Shown one piece after another: positions 57,220 to 64,000 of a stretch of DNA of 64,000 nucleotides (position 1 is its first letter; each line of letters starts with the position of its first letter). The notes beneath the pieces were generated by a model. The model did no database searches and had not been told where the DNA came from. It worked only from the letters and a program-made list of their open reading frames with translations. Origin of the DNA: Thermoplasmatota archaeon (lineage in GTDB: Archaea > Thermoplasmatota > Thermoplasmata > UBA10834); assembly GCA_040751795.1 (NCBI GenBank), contig JBFMHR010000004.1, positions 128,001 through 192,000 of the forward strand, read 5' to 3'. Position numbers and translations under genes: made by a program.

Positions 57220-57906
57220 TCACGCCCCCGCCGCCGGGGTGCCCTCCGGCTCGGGGTCCCCCTCGGCCTCGCCCAGGAGGTCCGGCCTCACCCTGCCGAT
57301 GAACCTCACGATGTAGCCGGTGACCACGCCCTCTATGACGCCCACGGCCACGTTGACCACGGCGATGACGGCCATGTTGGCGAGGATCTCCTCCTTCGTC
57401 TGCTCGGAGTCCTGTATCCCCGACACGGCGACTATGGCCACGATCGCGAGCGCGCTCACGGACAGGGCGGCGATGGCAGCGCCCAGTCCGGACGTGAAGC
57501 GGTCGAGCCTGAACCTGTTCCTGACCAGCCTGTAGACGTAGTAGGCCACCACGACCTCGGTCATGTTGACGACGGTGTTCGCGCCTATCATGCCCCACCC
57601 GCCGTGGCCCACGGCGGCGCTGAAGAAGTTGATGAGGAGCACGGCGAGGCTCCCGAGCCCCGGCCCCGCGAGGATGCCTATGATCGGGGTGAGGTTGAGG
57701 TGGATCCCGCCGAAGACCGGGATGCTCACCTGGAAGACGGCGAAGCCCACGGACGTGCACATGGCCGCTATCGCGAGCTTCCTCGGGGAGGCCTCCCTCC
57801 TCCCGACCAGGAACAGCGCCAGGGCGACCAGCCCTGCGGCCGCGAGGGACCATACGATGACCCAGAACGGGGAGAACGCCCCGTCCTCCAGATGTATGTG
57901 CGCCAC
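57220..57906 (-). CDS. cbiM: ECF Co/Ni substrate-binding component CbiM/NikM
   Basis: HIHLEDG, GIHL, GHGG, GAN, IEGVVT. Confidence 0.88.
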   Translation of the reverse strand: MAHIHLEDGAFSPFWVIVWSLAAAGLVALALFLVGRREASPRKLAIAAMCTSVGFAVFQVSIPVFGGIHLNLTPIIGILAGPGLGSLAVLLINFFSAAVGHGGWGMIGANTVVNMTEVVVAYYVYRLVRNRFRLDRFTSGLGAAIAALSVSALAIVAIVAVSGIQDSEQTKEEILANMAVIAVVNVAVGVIEGVVTGYIVRFIGRVRPDLLGEAEGDPEPEGTPAAGA

Positions 57907-57934
57907 TTGACTCCGCCAATCCACCGCGGATTTG

Positions 57935-57995
57935 TTTAATAAAATCTTCGTCGCAGTTAATAACCACCTGGGCGGCAGGCGGGGCCGTTAATAAC
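57935..57995. promoter_or_regulatory. Three phased TTAATAA boxes in the divergent cbiM promoter region
   Basis: TTAATAA at 57936, 57957 and 57988; the last two sit in GTTAATAAC. Confidence 0.5.
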
Positions 57996-58055
57996 GCGCA
58001 TGAGGCGAAACAGAGAGATACCCCTGGGGCCAGTATCCTTACCCAGGTCCTGCAG

Positions 58056-58583
58056 ATGCTCACCCCGACGCACCTCATGGTGGTTGTACTCGCGGCGATG
58101 GCCATGAGGCTCAACAGGGACGAGTGGTTCATCGCGCTGATGTTCGGCGTCGTGGTCGATGCCGACCACCTCTTCGCCCTGCCCAGGTACGTCTCCGACA
58201 ACGGCTGGGACGCGGTCCTGAGGCAGTCATGGGACGACGCCTCCGGCCTCCCATGGAAGTCCTGGTTCCACTACCCAGTTTCGGCCATCGTCGTCGGGTA
58301 CCTCTCCGTGGGGTGGAGGCTGGCCCTCCCGCTGGCGTTCTGGTCCGCGCACCTGGGCATGGACTGGCTCCAGCTGCAGCTCGCGGGCTACAACACCGTC
58401 GGGGAGTCGGCGATCCTCGCAGGCTCGACGGCAGGGGCATTGTACATCGGCTACTCCAGGTGGTCCGTCAGGACGGGCGGGTCCGGGCTCCCCGGGTACG
58501 CGGGGAGCCTCAGGGAGTCGGCGAGGTCCTCGGTCTCCGGGCTCGGGTCCGTCATCTCCGGGCTCGTCTGTAGAAGCCGCTGA
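58056..58583 (+). CDS. Putative membrane-bound metal-dependent hydrolase-like protein
   Basis: TH, DADH, FH, HLGMD motifs. Confidence 0.65.
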   Translation: MLTPTHLMVVVLAAMAMRLNRDEWFIALMFGVVVDADHLFALPRYVSDNGWDAVLRQSWDDASGLPWKSWFHYPVSAIVVGYLSVGWRLALPLAFWSAHLGMDWLQLQLAGYNTVGESAILAGSTAGALYIGYSRWSVRTGGSGLPGYAGSLRESARSSVSGLGSVISGLVCRSR

Positions 58584-59448
58584 GGAATATCACCCAGACG
58601 ACCTCGAACACGATGCATATCGTCGCGGGGACCGCGACCCTCGGCTCGAAGAGGGCGATGGCCAGCGTCGCCGTGAGCCCGAGGTTCTTGTAGCTGGCGA
58701 AGAGCACATTCGCTATCCTGTCCTCCTTGGGGACCTTCATGGCCCTGAGGGCGTACTCCGTCCCGAGGCCCGTCCCGAACGTCCTGACCATCGAGGCGGC
58801 CGCCACGGCGAGCACGACCCATGGCTCGTCGAAGAACGCCTCCCTGTTCGAACCGGCCACGGCGAAGATGAGGATCGCGAACGAGAGGTTCATCGCCACG
58901 GACTTCGTCCGCTTCTGGATGTCCACGCGCATCACTGCCCGGGAGAGCGCCATCGGGAGGACGATGAGGACCAGGAGCGAGACGACGAGGCTGTCCACGG
59001 AGACGGCGGAGCCGATGAACGCGAGCGAGACCAGGGGCATCAGGCCCAGGGCGGCGATGTAGTTAACCGAGGTGGAGAAGAGGGCCTTGGAGGTCCTCCC
59101 GCCCAGGATCGAGGTGAACGGCACGACCGACACCGCCGACGGGGCCGCGGCCATCAGCACCCAGCCCCACCAGAGGTCGTCGGAGAACATGCTGCCCAGG
59201 AGCAGTATGACCGCCGTGAGCATCCCGTAGTTCAGGGCGAGAGCCACGGCGGCGTCCTTCGCGTGGTCCCTGCTCCTCGCCTCGCTCAGCCTCACGTTGG
59301 AGAGGGAGAGGGTCATGAGGACCGCGAGGGAGGCCATCGAGACCTCCTTGGTCAGCACGGGCAGCCCCCCGGAGGCCACCCCGAGCGCGAGCCCCAGCGC
59401 CATCATGGCGCTGTAGCTCTCCAGCACCTTCGTCAGGCCCATCGCCAT
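58552..59448 (-). CDS. Bile acid:sodium symporter (BASS)-like transporter
   Basis: About 9-10 TMs, AAPSAVS, SYKN.GL..LA. Confidence 0.75.
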   Translation of the reverse strand: MAMGLTKVLESYSAMMALGLALGVASGGLPVLTKEVSMASLAVLMTLSLSNVRLSEARSRDHAKDAAVALALNYGMLTAVILLLGSMFSDDLWWGWVLMAAAPSAVSVVPFTSILGGRTSKALFSTSVNYIAALGLMPLVSLAFIGSAVSVDSLVVSLLVLIVLPMALSRAVMRVDIQKRTKSVAMNLSFAILIFAVAGSNREAFFDEPWVVLAVAAASMVRTFGTGLGTEYALRAMKVPKEDRIANVLFASYKNLGLTATLAIALFEPRVAVPATICIVFEVVWVIFLSGFYRRARR

Positions 59449-59535
59449 TCCGAGCACAGTGCCGGTACAAATATGCTTCCCGTCGCGCGGGAGGGCACCT
59501 AATGGTTTTTATGCAGGCTCCCTCATCGGTGGGCG

Positions 59536-60201
59536 ATGAGCCTGGTGGAGTGGGGCACCGACCTCATACTCGACTGGATATCGACCCTCGGCTACCCGGG
59601 CATAGTCCTCCTGATGGCGCTGGAGAGCGCGTGCATGCCGGTGCCGAGCGAGATCGTCATGCCCTTCGCCGGGTACCTCGTCTACCAGGCCGAGCTGCCA
59701 GGGTACGACGGCACGGTCATGTCGCTGGTCGGGGTGTCCCTCGCAGGCGCGCTCGGCTGCACGATAGGGTCGGTCCTCGCGTACGCGGTGGGGAAGCACT
59801 GGGGCAGGCCGTTCATCCTGAGGTACGGGAAGTACATCCTCATCCGCAAGAAGCACATGGACATGGCCGACGCGTGGTTCGAGAAGTACGGGGACGTCGC
59901 CACCTTCGTCGCAAGGCTCCTCCCCATAGTGCGCACGGTGATATCGCTCCCCGCCGGCATCGCCAGGATGAACTTCAAGAGGTTCGTGTTCTACAGCTTC
60001 GTGGGCTCCCTCCCCTGGACCGCCCTCCTGGCCTACATCGGCTACTGGCTCGGCCCGAGCTGGGAGGACATAATAGAGTGGTTCCACGGGCTGGACGTCG
60101 TGGTCGTGGCGGTGGTGGCCGCGCTGATAGTCTGGTACGCCTACAAGCTGAGGAAGGACAACGGGTCGGACGATGCGCGGAGCGGGCCCGCTCAGCCGTA
60201 G
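59536..60201 (+). CDS. DedA family membrane protein
   Basis: MALESACMPVPSE, MPFAG, FEKYG, RLLP.VRT.ISLPAG. Confidence 0.93.
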   Translation: MSLVEWGTDLILDWISTLGYPGIVLLMALESACMPVPSEIVMPFAGYLVYQAELPGYDGTVMSLVGVSLAGALGCTIGSVLAYAVGKHWGRPFILRYGKYILIRKKHMDMADAWFEKYGDVATFVARLLPIVRTVISLPAGIARMNFKRFVFYSFVGSLPWTALLAYIGYWLGPSWEDIIEWFHGLDVVVVAVVAALIVWYAYKLRKDNGSDDARSGPAQP

Positions 60202-61958
60202 TAGTACTCGCCCCTGTTCTTCTGCTCCCGGTCGAGCCTCGAGTCCTTCTTGTTGATCCTGGGCCTCGAGGTGTCCTGGTCGCGCCTGAAGGTGATGTCC
60301 ACGTCCTTCAGGAACCTGTTCATCCCGTCGCGCATCTCCATCGGGCCGTTCGCCTGGCCTTTCGAAGAGGCGACCCCGGAGAACACCATGAGCGAGTCGG
60401 ATATGAGGTCTATCATGTAGACGTCGTGGTCCACGACCACCGCCGACTTCCCGAGCTTCTCGATGACCCTCCTGATCGTCTTAGAGGTCGTCATCCTCTG
60501 GGACGAGTCCAGGTACGCGGAGGGCTCGTCGATGAGGTATATGTCCGCCTGGCGGCCGAGGCACTCGGCGATGGCGACCCTCTGCAGCTCCCCGCCGGAG
60601 AGGGTGTCGACGTCCTTGTCCATGAGGTACTTGAGGCTGAGCGGGTGGGCGACCTCCGCCTGGAAGAAGCCCGCCTCGAAGTCCTTGCCCAGCGAGGTCC
60701 TCAGCATGTCCCTGACCGTCCCCTCGAACTCGGGCTTGATGTACTGGGGCTTGTAGCTCACCGCGGCCTCGCCGGTGACCTCGCCGGAGCTGGGCGCGAT
60801 CTCGCCGGCGAGGACCTTGACGAAGGTGGTCTTGCCGGTCGCGTTCGGACCGACGGCGCCGACCACCTCGCCCCGCCTGATGGCGCCCGGCGACACATGG
60901 AGACTGAAGCTCTTGAAGCGTTTGCTGAGGGCGGTGAACGTGACGAGCGCATCCGACTGCCAGTCGCTCCTCGGCGGCCTCCTCTCGAACTTGATCTCGG
61001 TGTCCCTGAACCTGATGTTCTCCTCCCTGAGGTAGCCCTCGAGGTAGACATTGATCGCGGTCCTCACGGGCCTCGGTTGCGCCATGACGCCGTAGGCTCC
61101 CTCCGACCCGTACATGATGTGGACGAGGTCGGCGAGGAAGTCCATGATGGCGAGGTCGTGCTCTATCACCACGACCTGCTTCCTGGTGCTGAGGTCCTGC
61201 ACCACGTTCGCGACCTTGAGCCGCTGGAATATGTCGAGGTACGAGGACGGCTCGTCGAAGAAGTAGACGTCCGCGTCCTTCAGCATCGTGGCCGCGATGG
61301 CCACCCTCTGGAGCTCCCCTCCCGAGAGCTTCGCGACGTCCCTGTTGAGTATGTTGGATATGCCGAGGAGCTCGGCCGTCTCCCCGAGCCTCGGGGAGTC
61401 ATCCACCTTCGCGAGGAGCCCCCTGACCTCGCCCTTGTGGACCGCCGGGAGCTTGTCCACGTACTGGGGCTTCAGGGCGGTCCTGGTCTTGCCGTCCGCG
61501 AGGCCCTTGAAGTACTCGTGCAGCTCCGTCCCCGCGTACTTCGCGAGCACCTTCCCCCAGTCGCCCGGCCCCTTGAACTCGCCGAGGTTGGGCACGACCT
61601 GCCCCGAGAGGATCGATATCGCCGTGGTCTTCCCGATGCCGTTCGGTCCCAGGAGCCCGATGACCTGCCCGGCCCTCGGGGCCGGGAGCCGGTACAGCCT
61701 GAACGCGTTCTTGCCGTACTGGTGGACGAGCTCGCCCTCCAGCTCCTGCGGCAGGCCGATGATCTTGATCGCCTCGAAGGGGCACTTGTGGACGCAGATG
61801 CCGCAGCCGACGCAGAGGTTCTCCGCTATGACGGGCTTGCCGGAGTCGCCCATGGCGATGGCCTCGACGCCCGTGCGCACCGGAGGGCAATAGCGTATGC
61901 ACTCCTGGCTGCAGCGCTTGGGCTGGCACCTGTCCTTCAGGAGCACCGCGATCCTCAT
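60192..61958 (-). CDS. rli1: Ribosome recycling ATPase ABCE1 / RNase L inhibitor
   Basis: N-terminal Fe-S motifs, two NBDs with LSGGELQR, FRRD..RPRINK. Confidence 0.96.
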   Translation of the reverse strand: MRIAVLLKDRCQPKRCSQECIRYCPPVRTGVEAIAMGDSGKPVIAENLCVGCGICVHKCPFEAIKIIGLPQELEGELVHQYGKNAFRLYRLPAPRAGQVIGLLGPNGIGKTTAISILSGQVVPNLGEFKGPGDWGKVLAKYAGTELHEYFKGLADGKTRTALKPQYVDKLPAVHKGEVRGLLAKVDDSPRLGETAELLGISNILNRDVAKLSGGELQRVAIAATMLKDADVYFFDEPSSYLDIFQRLKVANVVQDLSTRKQVVVIEHDLAIMDFLADLVHIMYGSEGAYGVMAQPRPVRTAINVYLEGYLREENIRFRDTEIKFERRPPRSDWQSDALVTFTALSKRFKSFSLHVSPGAIRRGEVVGAVGPNATGKTTFVKVLAGEIAPSSGEVTGEAAVSYKPQYIKPEFEGTVRDMLRTSLGKDFEAGFFQAEVAHPLSLKYLMDKDVDTLSGGELQRVAIAECLGRQADIYLIDEPSAYLDSSQRMTTSKTIRRVIEKLGKSAVVVDHDVYMIDLISDSLMVFSGVASSKGQANGPMEMRDGMNRFLKDVDITFRRDQDTSRPRINKKDSRLDREQKNRGEYYYG

Positions 61959-62001
61959 CGGGTTGGGTTAAGGCGGGGTCCGTTCAAAAACATATCTGAG
62001 G

Positions 62002-63498
62002 CTAGTCCTCGAGGCCCGCCTCGATCTCCTGCACCAGGGGCTCGATGTCGAGCTCTATGAACCCGACGGTCTGCACCAGCTCGTCCGCCCTGAACTTCTG
62101 CCCGTAGGACCAGAGCTCCCTCAGGTAGCCCCCGGCCCTCTCGTCCGCGAACCACTCCTCCCCGAACTTCTCCTTCATGGCGGCCCTGAGCTGCCCCTCG
62201 AACACCCACGCGCGCAGGTACTCCGCGCAGTAGAACCCGTCGTCGACGTCCTCGAGGAAGTGCTTCTCGGTGTGCCGGAACCTGAGCCCCCTCTGGAGGG
62301 TGGTCCTGTATACCTCCGCGAGGTCGGGCGACACCCTCCCCTGGTGCAGCTTCATCTCGTAGACGAGCTTGCACGCGTACCTGCGCAGGAACATGAGCTT
62401 GTTGAGCAGGGCGAAGCGGACGAAGGGCTTGGGGTCCCCGAGGCCGAGCCGCCCCTTGAGCCAGTTCGGGTCCGTGACGAGGTAGTTGAAGAGGAACGCG
62501 AACGCCTCGGTCACCGAGTTGTCCCCGAGGTACCTGTACTCCGCCGGGAGCTGCCTCTTCGTGCTGCCGAAGTGCCACGCGTGCCCGCCCTCGTGGAAGA
62601 AGGACTCGTAGTCCCTCCATCCGCCCATGGGCTTGATGACGAGCTTGACGTCCTCCGGCACCCTGACGGGCGCGCAGAAGGCCCTCGGGGTCTTCTTCTC
62701 GCGGTCCTCGGTGTCCATGGTGATGTTGGTATAGGAGCCGGGGTCTATCCCCATGCCCTTCAGAGTCTCCCGGAACGCGCCGACCAGCCGGTCCTTCGAG
62801 AAGTAGGCGTCGTACTCGTCCCCCTTGAACGCGTAGGGGATGTCGCAGCTCCAGGCGTCGGCCAGGGGCAGCTTCGCCCTCTCCTGCAGCACTGAGTCCA
62901 TCTCCCGCACGTACAGCGCCTCGGTCCTGTGGAGGAGCTCCTCCATCCCCGCCTCGAAGGCCTTGTAGTCAATCCCCTTGAGCGTCGAGCACATGTCCCG
63001 GTAGCTCTTGAAGCCGAGCTCCGCGGCGGTGTCGTGGACCGTGCCCATCCTCTCCATGAGGATGGGGTTCAGCTCGGCCATCGCCTCGACCTTCGCCTCA
63101 AGGAGCCGGTGCCTCGCGCCGGCGACGGCCTCGTTCCTGAGCCTCACCGGGACCATCCTGTACGGGATGTCCTCGCCGTCGAACCTCACGACGGCCTTCG
63201 CCTCCCAGGTGTTGACCCTGTCCGTGAGGGACTTCACCGCGCTGTCGACGTAGCCCATGGTCGAGAAGGCCCTGAGGTACCTCTGCCAGCGCATGTCCCC
63301 GTCCGTCGCCTCCTCCTCGGCGGCGCCCGCGACAGCCTCGATGGCCTCGGCGGTGAACAGGTGGGCGTACTTCTCGTAGATGGGGACGGTGCTCAGGTCG
63401 TCCTTCAGGCCGGCGTAGTTGCCGTAGAACTCCTCCATGAGCGCGCTCTGGAACGGCTCCAGATCTCCCCTGACCCGGCTGAGAAGGGGCGAGGCCAT
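62002..63498 (-). CDS. M3/M32-like zinc oligopeptidase-family protein
   Basis: PRAFC, FHEGGHAWH, TEAFA. Confidence 0.75.
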   Translation of the reverse strand: MASPLLSRVRGDLEPFQSALMEEFYGNYAGLKDDLSTVPIYEKYAHLFTAEAIEAVAGAAEEEATDGDMRWQRYLRAFSTMGYVDSAVKSLTDRVNTWEAKAVVRFDGEDIPYRMVPVRLRNEAVAGARHRLLEAKVEAMAELNPILMERMGTVHDTAAELGFKSYRDMCSTLKGIDYKAFEAGMEELLHRTEALYVREMDSVLQERAKLPLADAWSCDIPYAFKGDEYDAYFSKDRLVGAFRETLKGMGIDPGSYTNITMDTEDREKKTPRAFCAPVRVPEDVKLVIKPMGGWRDYESFFHEGGHAWHFGSTKRQLPAEYRYLGDNSVTEAFAFLFNYLVTDPNWLKGRLGLGDPKPFVRFALLNKLMFLRRYACKLVYEMKLHQGRVSPDLAEVYRTTLQRGLRFRHTEKHFLEDVDDGFYCAEYLRAWVFEGQLRAAMKEKFGEEWFADERAGGYLRELWSYGQKFRADELVQTVGFIELDIEPLVQEIEAGLED

Positions 63499-63652
63499 GT
63501 GCCGATAATCACGCTCATCCGGTATATTCGTTTGCCTCTGGGGGCCCCCTGGCACGTGCTGGCCGACGGTGGCCGCGTCAATATCATCAAATATCCACCC
63601 AGGTCTTACTCAGGCGGCGGTCGGCCAGAGGGCCGGGCTGGTGCTTCGAGAG

Positions 63653-64000
63653 ATGGACACAATCACGACCTTCATCGCGATCGGTGCCATCATCTTCATA
63701 GGCTTCTTCGGGAACGTCCTGTTCAACAGGTACAGGATACCCGATGTCCTGATCCTGATCTTCCTCGGGATGGCGATCGGGCCGGACATCCTGGGCGACA
63801 GGTTCGGCTTCGTCGACACGGGCACGCTGAACTACATCAACACGTTCAGGGACGTCTTCCTCTCCGCCGCCCTCGTGATCATACTCTTCGACGGCGGCCT
63901 CTCCCTGGACGTCAGGGCCGTGATCGAGTCGATGCGGCTGACCGCCCTCATGTCGGTGCTCACATTCGTCATCGAGATGTCGGCGGTCGCGGCCCTGCTG
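63653..64000 (+). CDS. Cation:proton antiporter (CPA1/NhaP type), 3'-truncated
   Basis: RYRIPDVLILIFLGMAIGP, ALVIILFDGGL. Confidence 0.85.
   Translation, partial: MDTITTFIAIGAIIFIGFFGNVLFNRYRIPDVLILIFLGMAIGPDILGDRFGFVDTGTLNYINTFRDVFLSAALVIILFDGGLSLDVRAVIESMRLTALMSVLTFVIEMSAVAALL

Overview
GC-rich archaeal chromosomal window, most likely from a Thermoplasmata lineage. This assignment is inferred from ABCE1/Rli1, IorAB, long-type SlyD, TATA-like promoters, CCA-less tRNAs and AGG-dominated Arg codons. The backbone carries pyrD/pyrK, iscS/iscU plus a second cysteine desulfurase, three pilin-like genes, an unusually enlarged oligopeptide ABC transporter operon, peptide/amino-acid catabolic enzymes, a GAF histidine kinase, a PKD surface protein and a Cbi/Nik ECF transporter. 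Three tRNA genes are present: Cys-GCA, Thr-TGT and Arg-CCT. The most striking feature is a visibly lower-GC island of about 10.6 kb (12512-23091) at the 3' end of tRNA-Arg(CCT). It has one recombination core (tyrosine integrase, serine resolvase, wHTH protein, RHH regulator). The core is followed by small cargo genes, mostly zinc-ribbon plus membrane domain proteins. These are interspersed with three fixed-spacing att-like repeats, each an inverted copy of the integrase 3' end followed by a tRNA 3' core, and with two further tRNA-derived relic sites. Three cargo genes share the same promoter-like motif. The layout suggests serial, integron-like accretion of cassettes at a tRNA. All calls come from reading the sequence by eye; no searches were run.
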